DNA of 64,000 nt from a virus (lineage: Duplodnaviria; Caudoviricetes), in the IMG/VR virus record IMGVR_UViG_3300049573_000219, positions 1 through 64,000 of that record; one strand, 5' to 3'. Under the pieces are notes generated by a model. That model saw nothing but the letters and a program-made list of their open reading frames with translations. It ran no database searches and had not been told where the DNA came from. Shown piece after piece: positions 26,658 to 36,010 of the stretch. Made by a program: the position numbers and the translations under genes. Positions within the stretch are counted from its first letter, which is position 1. Every line of letters starts with the position of its first letter.

Positions 26658-26801
26658 CGGCGGAGCCACCGCGTCACGCCGGGCGCGAATGGGTGCGAAG
26701 AGGCCAACTCCAGTGATCTGCGTGGCGGCTCTCCTGGTGAAAGATCTCGCACGGTCGAGGCTATACGGCCCCCGCGTTCTTGTATCGGAAGGGGAAGAGG
26801 A

Positions 26802-27302
26802 ATGGCGGAATACAGCGCCGGAAACATCAAGCACGCCGGGGAATGGCTCAAGCTCAGGGTCAACGATGACGGCGACTGGCTGACCAAGGTGGACGGCCAG
26901 GAGATCAAGCAGCCGACCCGGCAGAAGCTCCTCGCCGAGGCCAGCCGCATCCTGCGGCTGAAGAAGAAGGCCGTGAACATCCCGTTCACGAGGATGGAGT
27001 CGAAGAACAACGGCTACGTCACCCTCAAGCACGGCGTGGTGACCGGCATCCACTCGGGCACGGGCAACCTTCTCGTCGCCTGGGACGACGGCACCAACGG
27101 TCAGCTCACCGTCGGCTTCAGCTCGGACGTCATGCAGCGTCTGACGCCCGCCGAGGAGGAGAAGCTGACCCGCCTGGTGCGCGACGCCTATCACGCGAGC
27201 GAGGAGCTGCGGGAGTTCACCCAGCGGCGCAACGTCTACAAGGGCACGAAGGGCCTGGTCGACCAGGTTCAGGCGCTCCTGGAGAAGGACGGCAAAAGCT
27301 GA
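26802..27302 (+). CDS. Hypothetical protein
   Basis: GGAAGGGG RBS, MAEYSAG... Confidence 0.7.
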   Translation: MAEYSAGNIKHAGEWLKLRVNDDGDWLTKVDGQEIKQPTRQKLLAEASRILRLKKKAVNIPFTRMESKNNGYVTLKHGVVTGIHSGTGNLLVAWDDGTNGQLTVGFSSDVMQRLTPAEEEKLTRLVRDAYHASEELREFTQRRNVYKGTKGLVDQVQALLEKDGKS

Positions 27303-27577
27303 TGGAGGACAACCTGACGACGGTCGACAACGCGATCGACTTCCGCGACGTCGTGATGACCCTGGACCGCGAGGACCACAAGCGGCGCATCTACGCGCGC
27401 CGGGCGGGGACCGAGCAGATCTACGAGATCATCCCCCGGCATGTGGACCTGTTCCAGAAGATCACCTTCGACGACCTGTTCCTGTCGAACCACCCTCCGG
27501 TCTACATGGAGGACATGGCCCAGGCGCTGAACGGCGTGGAGCGGGGAACCCTGATCCTCGACGTCTTCACCCGCTGA
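27302..27577 (+). CDS. Hypothetical protein
   Basis: TGATG coupling. Confidence 0.65.
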   Translation: MEDNLTTVDNAIDFRDVVMTLDREDHKRRIYARRAGTEQIYEIIPRHVDLFQKITFDDLFLSNHPPVYMEDMAQALNGVERGTLILDVFTR

Positions 27578-27712
27578 TTCTGGCCAACACGCCTTCAGTA
27601 CGGTAAGGTTGGAACACGGCGGCCTCGCACGACCACGAGCCGTGCCGGGCCGCCACCATGAAGCCCCGGACCTGACGCCGGGGCTTCTCCATCGGATGAG
27701 GAGAGAAGCAGG

Positions 27713-27934
27713 ATGGGTACGTACGACGGCGGGCAGGCGCCCGTGGACAGCTCGACCTGGAAGCGCCCCGTCAGCAGCAAGGGCGACGCCAGCCAGGCGC
27801 CCAAGGGGACCTACACCCGCGAGGCCACGGCCCGGTCCGGGTCGACGGGGACCGGCATCAGGACGGGGAAGTCCACCCCCGAGCCGGAGCCCGGCGCGAT
27901 CGTGCGCAACTTCGGGTACGGCGGTGGCCGGTGA
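27713..27934 (+). CDS. Hypothetical protein
   Basis: GAGGAG RBS. Confidence 0.6.
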   Translation: MGTYDGGQAPVDSSTWKRPVSSKGDASQAPKGTYTREATARSGSTGTGIRTGKSTPEPEPGAIVRNFGYGGGR

Positions 27935-28347
27935 CGCGGGTTCCCGAGGAGCTGAAGTTCGAGCTTGCCGGAATTCTGGAGCGGCTGGACTCGTCCAAGT
28001 GGCAGCACCTGGAGGAGTTGCTGGCGGAAGGCAAGGCGGGCACCATGTACGGCCTTCTGAACCTGGCACCGCTCGGGAAGGAAGGTGCCCGGGAGCTGAT
28101 GGATGCCGCATCCGACCTGATGCACCACGACCGCAACATCAGGCAGCACCGGCTCGAACTGCACGATCTCATCCAGAACGCGCTGAGCGGGATCCATCTC
28201 GCCGAGCGGAAGATCAAGGCTCTCGACGAGCTGGGTGACGTGGAGTACGAGGGTGGCTCGGCCGACCTGGAAGCCTTCCTCGCCGACGCCGCGCGGTGCC
28301 TGCGAGCGGCCCAGGCACTCAAGCCGACCGACCGGGAGGGGAAGTGA
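27931..28347 (+). CDS. Hypothetical protein
   Basis: GTGA coupling. Confidence 0.65.
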   Translation: MTRVPEELKFELAGILERLDSSKWQHLEELLAEGKAGTMYGLLNLAPLGKEGARELMDAASDLMHHDRNIRQHRLELHDLIQNALSGIHLAERKIKALDELGDVEYEGGSADLEAFLADAARCLRAAQALKPTDREGK

Positions 28348-28568
28348 CCGCATTCGTGCACGGATCCTCGCGCGGCGGTGGAACCGCCTGCCGCAACCGG
28401 AAAGAGCACTTCGGGAGTTGGGTGGTGACCGTGAGGCGGGCGAACTACTCCGCCTTCAACGGCTACCACCGCACCCCCAGCGACTACTCCGAGGTACGGT
28501 GCACGGCCTGCCCGACGCACTGGCGTACGAAGGCCGCCTACGTGGACAGGCTTCCCGACGAGAAGTGA
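28344..28568 (+). CDS. Small zinc-binding-like hypothetical protein
   Basis: SAFNGY..TPSDYSEVRCTAC..WRT. Confidence 0.6.
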   Translation: MTAFVHGSSRGGGTACRNRKEHFGSWVVTVRRANYSAFNGYHRTPSDYSEVRCTACPTHWRTKAAYVDRLPDEK

Positions 28569-28637
28569 CAGCTCCACGGGAGTGAGAAACAGGGTAGATT
28601 TCCCTCCGGCAAGACAGCAGAGAGACCGGAGTGAAAC

Positions 28638-28844
28638 ATGCCCCAGGGCAACGTGAAGTGGTTCAACGCCGAGAAGGGTTTCGGCTTCATCGAGCAGGAC
28701 GGCGGCGGCCCCGACGTCTTCGTGCACTACTCGCAGATCAACGCTCAGGGGTACCGGTCCCTGGAGGAGGGGCAGCGAGTCAGCTTCGAGACCCAGCGCG
28801 GCAAGAAGGGGATCGAGGCGACCGGCGTCACCGTCGTCTCGTGA
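28638..28844 (+). CDS. cspA: Cold-shock domain protein
   Basis: [24 protein letters not shown]. Confidence 0.95.
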   Translation: MPQGNVKWFNAEKGFGFIEQDGGGPDVFVHYSQINAQGYRSLEEGQRVSFETQRGKKGIEATGVTVVS

Positions 28845-29359
28845 CCCTGGCGGTCCGCCCCGACTGGGACACCTGGGCCATGGGTATCGCCCAGGCCGTC
28901 TCCACGCGGGGCGACTGCACCAGACGCCAGGTCGGAGCCGTCCTGTTGGACGGTGCTCACCGGGTCATCGGCTGCGGCTACAACGGCGGCCCGCGCGGCG
29001 GCGAAAGCTGCCTGGCGGGTGAGTGCCCGCGCGGCAGGCACTACCGGTACGGCGAGCCGCACGCGTACAGCGTTCCGGAACGGGAGTCCGACCGTGTCGA
29101 GTGGACCCCTGGCCGGTGCGCATGCGGTCGGCCGTGGCCCTGCCCGGAGGCGGTTGCACCGGGCAGCTCGTACGACACCGGGCCCGGCACGTGCGTCGCG
29201 GTGCACGCCGAGATGAACGCCCTGCTGGACGTCTCCGACCGGAGCCGCCTGGTCGGCGCGACGATGTACATCACCGAACAGCCGTGTGGCGGCTGCCTGA
29301 AGATCCTGAAGAACACCGAGATCCAGACCTTCGTCTGGCCCGGTGGGCGGATCGGCTGA
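28841..29359 (+). CDS. dCMP deaminase
   Basis: RPDWD..., C.RRQVGAV, GYNG, HAEMNA, PCGGC. Confidence 0.9.
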   Translation: MTLAVRPDWDTWAMGIAQAVSTRGDCTRRQVGAVLLDGAHRVIGCGYNGGPRGGESCLAGECPRGRHYRYGEPHAYSVPERESDRVEWTPGRCACGRPWPCPEAVAPGSSYDTGPGTCVAVHAEMNALLDVSDRSRLVGATMYITEQPCGGCLKILKNTEIQTFVWPGGRIG

Positions 29360-29474
29360 GTGACGGGCCTCTCCTGACGGAGGGGCCCGTTCTCGTGTTC
29401 AGAGTGGCCTGGGCCATGCTAGAATCAAAGGACCAACTGGCCTTACTGGCAAGGTATTTCGGAGAGGTGAAGAG

Positions 29475-29912
29475 ATGGGTACAGTAGCTGCACACCACCT
29501 GCTCGGCAAGCCCGGCGACGGCAATCTGATCCTGCTGGCCGGTCCGAACTATGAGCGGATGACCCGGCTCGTCTCGGACTCGGGTATCGCCTCGATGCGG
29601 TTCTCCGAGGTCAACGGCCTCGACGCCCTCAAGGCGCGCGTCGACCTGAACCGCACGTCGGTCATCGTGATCGCACCCCTGCACGAGGTCGAGGGGCTGC
29701 TGGACCGCAGCGCCTTCGACGGGCACCTGACGGACCTGGCGTACTCCGCCGACCGTGTCGTCTACGCCGGTTCCAACGGCGCCGTGCTGGTCCACCCGGC
29801 CAGCCCGGGTACCACCATGGAGGTGCGGGGTGGCCGTCTGGCCGTGCGCCAGCGCCTCGACGTGGTCGAGGCGGACCACACCGTCACCGGCCTGACGGTG
29901 GACCGGCTGTGA
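29475..29912 (+). CDS. Hypothetical protein
   Basis: GAGGTG RBS, TAGAAT -10-like box. Confidence 0.65.
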   Translation: MGTVAAHHLLGKPGDGNLILLAGPNYERMTRLVSDSGIASMRFSEVNGLDALKARVDLNRTSVIVIAPLHEVEGLLDRSAFDGHLTDLAYSADRVVYAGSNGAVLVHPASPGTTMEVRGGRLAVRQRLDVVEADHTVTGLTVDRL

Positions 29913-30355
29913 ACGGGCCCGCATCCGTCGTCATGTACCTGGAGAAGGGCGACTCCAAGGAGCTGTTCACGGAGTGCATGACCTACGACGGCGCCCACGA
30001 GAAGGCAAGGGAACTCGCCTCCAAGGGCTACGAGGTCATCGCGGTGCTCGACGCGGATCATGCTGCGGAGCGGCAGGCCGTCCTCAAGCCGGAAGGCGGA
30101 CTGACGGAGGGTGCGCACCTGCACTCCTTCCTGGGTGACACCGTGCGGCGCTTCCGCCAGGACTACCCGGGCGTTCCGCGAGAGAGCGCCCTGGAGGTGA
30201 TCAGCCTGCTGTGCACGCTGGTCCTCGAAGGGGAGAGCGACCTCCAGTCGGCGCTGCTGGACGAGATCCATGCGCCGGGCCCGATCGGTCGGGCCGACTG
30301 GCGCCAGCACATGCGGACGGCCATCGCCAACCGCAGGCCGGACGGTGCCTCGTGA
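29909..30355 (+). CDS. Hypothetical protein
   Basis: Coupled. Confidence 0.6.
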   Translation: MNGPASVVMYLEKGDSKELFTECMTYDGAHEKARELASKGYEVIAVLDADHAAERQAVLKPEGGLTEGAHLHSFLGDTVRRFRQDYPGVPRESALEVISLLCTLVLEGESDLQSALLDEIHAPGPIGRADWRQHMRTAIANRRPDGAS

Positions 30356-30879
30356 CCGACATCAACGACATCGACCAGTATCTCGGCAAGTACATCGAGC
30401 TGATCGATCCGGACGGCGAGAGCGCCGCTGGTTTCCTCGTCAGGATCCACGACGAGATCGACTACATCCCGGAGCCGGTCAGGACGGTGATGCTCGAATG
30501 GGGCCAGGGCTGGCGCATCGGAGAGTCGACCGAGGTGAACATCATCCCGGCGCCGGAAGGGTCGCAGCCTCCGCAGGTCATCAGCGGGATCGACGTGCTG
30601 CACGAGTTCGCCCACGACGGTGGGTGCCCTGACGCGAACTGCCGGGTGCGCGCCAGGCGCCAGCTCCGCGCGCTGCGGGAGTGGCGCATGAAGCAGGAGA
30701 ACGCCTACTGGCAGCACCGCTTCGTGCGCCGGGTGCGGGAGAACCGCGAGGACCCGGCCGCCGTGGCGCACGTGATCCGGCAGGCCGAGGAGGAGGGCGC
30801 CCCGCAGGACATCCTGGACCACCTCCAGATCCTGGCCGAACGTGCCTACAGGGCCGTGGCGACGGGGCGAAGGCAGTGA
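30352..30879 (+). CDS. Hypothetical protein
   Basis: Coupled. Confidence 0.6.
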   Translation: MTDINDIDQYLGKYIELIDPDGESAAGFLVRIHDEIDYIPEPVRTVMLEWGQGWRIGESTEVNIIPAPEGSQPPQVISGIDVLHEFAHDGGCPDANCRVRARRQLRALREWRMKQENAYWQHRFVRRVRENREDPAAVAHVIRQAEEEGAPQDILDHLQILAERAYRAVATGRRQ

Positions 30880-31076
30880 ATCAGGCCCCGTGTCCTGCCT
30901 GCGGGGCCGCCCGCAGGCGCAGGCAGGACCTGTGCACCTCCTGCTGGGACCAGCTCCGGGTGTGGGTCAAGAACGCCCTGAAGAAGGACGACGACCTGGC
31001 CGCCGAGCGCCTGCGGGAGCTGTACGACCAGGTCCACGACCACCGCCCGCTCAACGAGATCGAGGTGACCCCATGA
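30876..31076 (+). CDS. Small zinc-finger-like protein
   Basis: CPACG...LCTSCW. Confidence 0.6.
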   Translation: MNQAPCPACGAARRRRQDLCTSCWDQLRVWVKNALKKDDDLAAERLRELYDQVHDHRPLNEIEVTP

Positions 31077-31363
31077 GTGAGCGCGTCAGCATGGTCCGGC
31101 TGCTGCACGGGCTGATGTATCCGACGGTGGCCAGATGCCACATCGACGGCTGCTTCCTTGGCCGGACCCTTCCCGGGGTCCGGCTGGAGACCGGCGCCGT
31201 GATGGAGTTCGCCGTGGCCGACGACGCGATGCACGCCCTGCGCAGCAGGCTTCCCGAGCAGGAACAGCGGGCCAACCTCATGGAGGTCATGCGCGCGGAC
31301 GGCCGCAACGTCGTCCGGTTCGACGCCCGTGGGGTCATGGTCGTCAGCCGGAGGGAGCCGTGA
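31073..31363 (+). CDS. Hypothetical protein
   Basis: Coupled. Confidence 0.55.
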   Translation: MSERVSMVRLLHGLMYPTVARCHIDGCFLGRTLPGVRLETGAVMEFAVADDAMHALRSRLPEQEQRANLMEVMRADGRNVVRFDARGVMVVSRREP

Positions 31364-31483
31364 TGGATGCGGCGCAGGGGCTGGGCATCGCGATTGCCGG
31401 TTCGGCCGCCCTGTCGGCCGCCCTGGTGGGGATCGGCGAGCTGTACCGGAAGGCTGTGAAGAAGATCGGCAAGGGGAGGAGAG

Positions 31484-31954
31484 ATGAAGAAGGGTGACCC
31501 GACGCGCGCCGATGTGGCGCTGAGTGCCCTGGCCGACGTGCGCAAGGTGCTCGACGAGTGGGCCGGATCGGACTGGAGCCACACGAACCCGGCTCAGGAG
31601 ATCGACCACATCCTGCACCTCGCGTACGCGAAGCTCCGGATGCAGTCCATGCGCCGCGAGCGCCGTCCTGCGGCCTGGCTCGCCCAGCCGGTCAGTGCGG
31701 TGTGGCCGCAGGAGATCGCCTGGTACCGGGAGAGGGAGCCGGATACGGCTCTGTGCTTCGAGGTGCGCATCACCGACGGAACGAAGGATGCGGTCGGCCG
31801 TCGGGTCGAGGTGCGCATGTCGGCCAACGATGCCGACTTCCTGGCGATGTCGATGAGGAACATGGCCGAGTGGGGCAAGGGAAAGCCCGGCCCGGCCGAC
31901 ATCCTGAACGAGCTGCTGCCCGGCGGTTCGGTGAACGAGGAGGATCCGACGTGA
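31484..31954 (+). CDS. Hypothetical protein
   Basis: GGGGAGG RBS. Confidence 0.6.
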   Translation: MKKGDPTRADVALSALADVRKVLDEWAGSDWSHTNPAQEIDHILHLAYAKLRMQSMRRERRPAAWLAQPVSAVWPQEIAWYREREPDTALCFEVRITDGTKDAVGRRVEVRMSANDADFLAMSMRNMAEWGKGKPGPADILNELLPGGSVNEEDPT

Positions 31955-32364
31955 GCTACCCGACGCTGTTCTCGGTGCCCGGGATGAAGGACTTCGCCGA
32001 GAAGGTGGACGAAGAGCGCGCCCGCCAGCTCAAGAAGTGGGGCGACCAGATCCATCCCGACATCGACCCTCGCGACATCGCGTTCGTGACACACCGCCAC
32101 TACGAGCACAAGACGCAGATCATGAAGGGGGTCAACGACGAACGCGAGACCCCCAGTCGAACGGTCAGCCGGTGCAGCCGATGCCCGGCCGAGGGCGACC
32201 ACAAGCACACGGCCTGGGACTTCATCCTGCTGGAGGAGGTCTACGAGGCGCTGACCGAGGCCGCCTCCGGGGACCTGGACAAGCTGGAGACCGAGCTGAT
32301 CCAGACGGCGGCCGTCGTGGCGGCCTGGATCTACGACATCCGGCGCCGGAAGGGGCTCGTCTGA
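31951..32364 (+). CDS. MazG-like nucleotide pyrophosphohydrolase
   Basis: EERARQ..KWGDQ.H, WDFILLEEVYEA, ELIQTAAV..AWI. Confidence 0.7.
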   Translation: MSYPTLFSVPGMKDFAEKVDEERARQLKKWGDQIHPDIDPRDIAFVTHRHYEHKTQIMKGVNDERETPSRTVSRCSRCPAEGDHKHTAWDFILLEEVYEALTEAASGDLDKLETELIQTAAVVAAWIYDIRRRKGLV

Positions 32365-32939
32365 TGGAGGCTGTATTCGGCGAGAGCCCCTTCCTGGGCG
32401 CACTGAGGGATGCCGGTGTCCAGCAGTACCACGACGCTGACGGCCCGGACGGAGAGATCGTCCTGCATGCGGGCGATGTCGAGAAGTGCCCCGAGCGGCA
32501 GTGCCGGTGGCCCAGGCTCCGGGAGATGGTGACGGTGACCTCCGGTGGCCGTCAGATCACAGGAACCCTGGCGGCCCGGGAGGGCTCGGACGGCAGGGGG
32601 CTGGTCGTGCATACCGCAGACGGCATGGTGCACCACGCACCGCTGGTGACGGCGCAGCGGCCCGAGTGGGGCGTCTACTGCCCGCACGGGGTGAAGCTGA
32701 TCGAGGCGGAACCGGCCGAGCACACCTGCCACCTTCCGCCGCCTCCGTGCGACATGCCAGGTGAGCCCGGCCACCTCTGCGCCGACCACCGATGGTGCAA
32801 GGCGTGCTACCCGGACGGCCGGAAGGTGTCGCCGTGGCCCTGCACGGAAGAAGGCTGCACGGAGGCCGACTTCGACCGGGAGCAGCAGGAGCAGATCGAC
32901 GCGTACTACGAGGAGATGAGTCGGTCGTACTACGGCTGA
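32364..32939 (+). CDS. Cys/His-rich hypothetical protein
   Basis: TGATG coupling, many C/H. Confidence 0.55.
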   Translation: MEAVFGESPFLGALRDAGVQQYHDADGPDGEIVLHAGDVEKCPERQCRWPRLREMVTVTSGGRQITGTLAAREGSDGRGLVVHTADGMVHHAPLVTAQRPEWGVYCPHGVKLIEAEPAEHTCHLPPPPCDMPGEPGHLCADHRWCKACYPDGRKVSPWPCTEEGCTEADFDREQQEQIDAYYEEMSRSYYG

Positions 32940-32949
32940 AGCGGAAAGG

Positions 32950-33666
32950 GTGAAGACGGTGGAGAGGCCCAAGAAGTCGAACGTCAGGCACGGCATGGCC
33001 TCCTGTGGCCGGTACGGCTGCGAGAGGGACGAGTGCAAGGAGGCGTACTACCGCTCTCAGAAGCTGAGCCGGATCGGCCAGGAACGCGGCGAGAGTGCAC
33101 GGATTCCCGCCGACGAGGCGCGGGCTCACGGGAAGATGCTGACCGAAGCGGGCATGTTCGTGACCGACATCGCCCGGCTGGCCGGGGTGTCCCGTTCGAT
33201 CGTCGGCCAGGTGATCTCCGGCCGGGTGAGCCGGGTCCACCGGGACACGGCAGCGGCGATCCTCGGGGTGCCAGCGCCCCGGAAGGGATTCGTCGGCTGC
33301 GACGGAATCGTGTCTGCCCTGGCGGCGCAACGCAGGATCCGGGCCCTGAGCAGGCGCGGATTCTCCCTGAAGGCCATGGCGCGGGAGACGGGAGCCAGCG
33401 TCTTCACCGTGGACAGCATCCGCAACGGCAACAGGACGCGCATCCGGGCCTCGATGGACCAGGCGATCCACGCCGCATACAACCGGCTCTGGAACGCCGA
33501 TCCGCTGGACTTCGGAGTGACGCCGGGTGGCGTCACCCAGGCCAGGAACTGGGCTGCCGAACAGGAGTGGGCCCCTCCGGCGGCATGGGACGACGACACG
33601 ATCGGGGACCCCAGGGCGAAGCCCAAGGGGATGCTGCCCAGGGGCGGCGAGGAGATCGGCGCGTAG
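32950..33666 (+). CDS. Phage DNA-binding protein with tandem HTH domains
   Basis: HG..YGCERDEC, DIARLAGVSRSIV, RRIRALSRRGFSLKAMARETG, WAPPAAWDDD. Confidence 0.7.
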   Translation: MKTVERPKKSNVRHGMASCGRYGCERDECKEAYYRSQKLSRIGQERGESARIPADEARAHGKMLTEAGMFVTDIARLAGVSRSIVGQVISGRVSRVHRDTAAAILGVPAPRKGFVGCDGIVSALAAQRRIRALSRRGFSLKAMARETGASVFTVDSIRNGNRTRIRASMDQAIHAAYNRLWNADPLDFGVTPGGVTQARNWAAEQEWAPPAAWDDDTIGDPRAKPKGMLPRGGEEIGA

Positions 33667-33684
33667 CGCCAGGAAGGGAGAAGC

Positions 33685-34515
33685 GTGATGGCCACGCCGG
33701 AGAGCATGACCACGACCGAGCTGAACGAGCGATTGCACCAGCACTTCATCAGCGAGAAGGACCAGCTCGACCCGGCGGGGGCCGGTGCCGTGTACTTGAC
33801 CGAGGTCACCGCACCCGGGCACTCGGGACGCCGGGCCGACGCCGTGCATGTCGGGCTGTGGTCCTCGCGCGGTGCCGGAACGATCGAGGTATGCGAGCTG
33901 AAGATCAGCCGGGGTGACTGGCTCAAGGAACTCCGGGAGCCGAAGAAGGCGGAGGCGTGGTGGCCCTACTGTCACCGCTTCTGGCTGGTCGTGCCGCACG
34001 AGGGCATCGTGAAGGACGGGGAGCTTCCCGACGGATGGGGGCTGATGATGCCCAGCTCTCGGGGACGCCGGTTCATGGTGCTTGTCAAGGCGAAGGACCG
34101 GGCGCCGGAGGACTTCAAGCTCACCATCCCCCTGCTCGTCACCCTGCTGAAGAACACCGAGACGACCCGGACGAACGCGCTCCAGAAACTGGAGCGGGAG
34201 CTTCGGCAGAAGTTCTACGAGCAGGAGCAGCAGACCCGGCGCCAGCGTGGCGTCTTCAGCGACAAGGACCGCAGGCGTCTGGAGCTTCTGGACCGGCTGG
34301 AAAAGGCGCTGGGGATGGAGCTGGCCGATTACCCCTGGAGGGACCAGTTGGAGCCCGAGGGGGCCGCTGAGGTTCTTCTCGGCCTCGCCAAGGGGAGGGC
34401 CGCGCTGGACAAGGCGCGCGACCAGGCGGGATCCGTCGTCAGGGAACTGGACCAGGCGGCGAAGGTGGCACAGGCGGAAGCCGACAGGCTTCGCAAGGAG
34501 ATGGGAATCCGATGA
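33685..34515 (+). CDS. MmcB-like PD-(D/E)XK nuclease with coiled-coil tail
   Basis: TEV...RRADAV...ELKISRGDWLKEL..PKK..W..CHRFWLVVP. Confidence 0.7.
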   Translation: MMATPESMTTTELNERLHQHFISEKDQLDPAGAGAVYLTEVTAPGHSGRRADAVHVGLWSSRGAGTIEVCELKISRGDWLKELREPKKAEAWWPYCHRFWLVVPHEGIVKDGELPDGWGLMMPSSRGRRFMVLVKAKDRAPEDFKLTIPLLVTLLKNTETTRTNALQKLERELRQKFYEQEQQTRRQRGVFSDKDRRRLELLDRLEKALGMELADYPWRDQLEPEGAAEVLLGLAKGRAALDKARDQAGSVVRELDQAAKVAQAEADRLRKEMGIR

Positions 34516-34811
34516 GGCGCATGTTCAGGTACGAGGTTCCGGTGGACGACCGGGAGCACCGGCACGTGGTGCACGGCGAGGTCAGGAAGGTGGCCACTCA
34601 GGCATGGACGCCCGGCCGGATGCCGGTTGTCGAGTTCTGGGCCGAGGGCGTCGACCCCGCCCCGGACGGAACGCTGCTCCAGCGGACCTTCCAGGTGTTC
34701 GGAACCGGTCACCCTCTGCCGGAGAACGCGCAGTGGCGGGGCACGACCGACCGGGACCAGGCCGGGCTCGTCTGGCACCTGTACGAGCTGACGGGAGAGG
34801 GCGATGGGTGA
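34512..34811 (+). CDS. Conserved phage hypothetical protein
   Basis: FWAE...FQVFGTGHP...LVWHLYE. Confidence 0.65.
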   Translation: MRRMFRYEVPVDDREHRHVVHGEVRKVATQAWTPGRMPVVEFWAEGVDPAPDGTLLQRTFQVFGTGHPLPENAQWRGTTDRDQAGLVWHLYELTGEGDG

Positions 34812-35592
34812 TCCGTGCCGCACCACCCGGCACTGCGCCGATCACGGCTGGTGTCATCGATGCGATCCCGCACTCGCCGCGCTGATGAGCGAGATCAACC
34901 ACGTGATCCAGACGACGGTGGCGGACAGCGGGGCGTGGGGTCACCTCTACGCGGAGATCGCCGGGATTCTGCACACCGGGGACCCGGCGCGGACGGCCGC
35001 CGAGCTGGCCGAGACGCGCAAGACGGTCCAGGCCCTGAACCGCCGCGCGCAGGCCGCCGAATCCCTGGCCGAGAGGTACGGCAAGGCGGTCAGGGACTGG
35101 AGGGTCGACGAGGACGGCACCTACGTGCCCTACGAGAGCCTGAAGAAGATCGGCAAGCTGGCCGGAGTCGACATCCTTCCCCATGTCCGGTACATGCAGC
35201 GCTTCGAGAACGCCCAGCAGGCTGAGGAGTTCCTGGAGCGCGTCTACGGCCTGCTGGAGTACTGGAACACCCTCTCGGCACCCTTCGGGCCACCGCAGTC
35301 GTGGTGGTGGGAGGAGCGCAGGGCTGAGCTGTCGGACGTTCTCGCCGGGCGGGGGTCGCCCGGTGTCCAGGACAGCCTGCGCGCCCAGGTGCGAGCGGCA
35401 CTCGATGCGGCAGGTCTCAGCCAGGCGGAGGCGGCGCGCAGGCTCGGCGTCAGCACCAAGCACATGAGCCAGATGCTCACCGGGCGGGCCGTGCTCACCC
35501 TGATGTGGGCGGAGAAGATTCTGGCCCTCTGCGGCCAGCGGCTGGAGATCAGGGCGGTCTCCGGCATTCCGAAGGAGGAGGAAAAGGCGTGA
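34804..35592 (+). CDS. Protein with C-terminal XRE HTH
   Basis: GLSQAEAARRLGVSTKHMSQMLTG. Confidence 0.7.
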   Translation: MGDPCRTTRHCADHGWCHRCDPALAALMSEINHVIQTTVADSGAWGHLYAEIAGILHTGDPARTAAELAETRKTVQALNRRAQAAESLAERYGKAVRDWRVDEDGTYVPYESLKKIGKLAGVDILPHVRYMQRFENAQQAEEFLERVYGLLEYWNTLSAPFGPPQSWWWEERRAELSDVLAGRGSPGVQDSLRAQVRAALDAAGLSQAEAARRLGVSTKHMSQMLTGRAVLTLMWAEKILALCGQRLEIRAVSGIPKEEEKA

Positions 35593-35852
35593 ACGAAGCG
35601 GACTACCGGATCGAGAAGGGCAACATCTACGAGTCGGCCGACCCGCGCGACGGGGGACGGCAGATTCGGATCGCCTCGTACTACACGGGCTACGCGCAGG
35701 CCAACATCGTCAGTCACCCGAGCGGGAAGCGGCACCGGTCGATCAACGTGAAGTACCTGCACGAGAACCGTGACACGCAGAACGGCCAGCCGCGCAAGAA
35801 CGGCTACTTCTTCGTCGGCAAGCACGAGGAGAACGCCGACGCCACCGCCTGA
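35589..35852 (+). CDS. Hypothetical protein
   Basis: GTGA coupling, last gene before hairpin. Confidence 0.6.
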   Translation: MNEADYRIEKGNIYESADPRDGGRQIRIASYYTGYAQANIVSHPSGKRHRSINVKYLHENRDTQNGQPRKNGYFFVGKHEENADATA

Positions 35853-35865
35853 CACAGGCGCCGAA

Positions 35866-35913
35866 AGGAGCTGCACCTGATCCGCCACGCGAGCGGAAGG
35901 TGCAGCTCCTTCG
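35866..35913. terminator. Hairpin between convergent blocks
   Basis: AAGGAGCTGCACCT...AGGTGCAGCTCCTT inverted repeat. Confidence 0.6.
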
Positions 35914-36010
35914 TTGTTGAGCCGTCGGTGTATTCGATTTCGATCGTGTCCTCGCCCGGCTCGGGCTCGGCCCAGGACGGGGGCCGGAACTTCGTCACCC
36001 GCTCACCTTG

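Noticed and set aside
26658-26700. HDV-like (theta) ribozyme after tRNA-Arg(CCT), suggested by GCGAATGGG
   Set aside because: No matching P1/P2/P3 partners found upstream
29388-29399. Third copy of CGTTCTCGTGT
   Set aside because: Forms the tail of a terminator hairpin; likely coincidental
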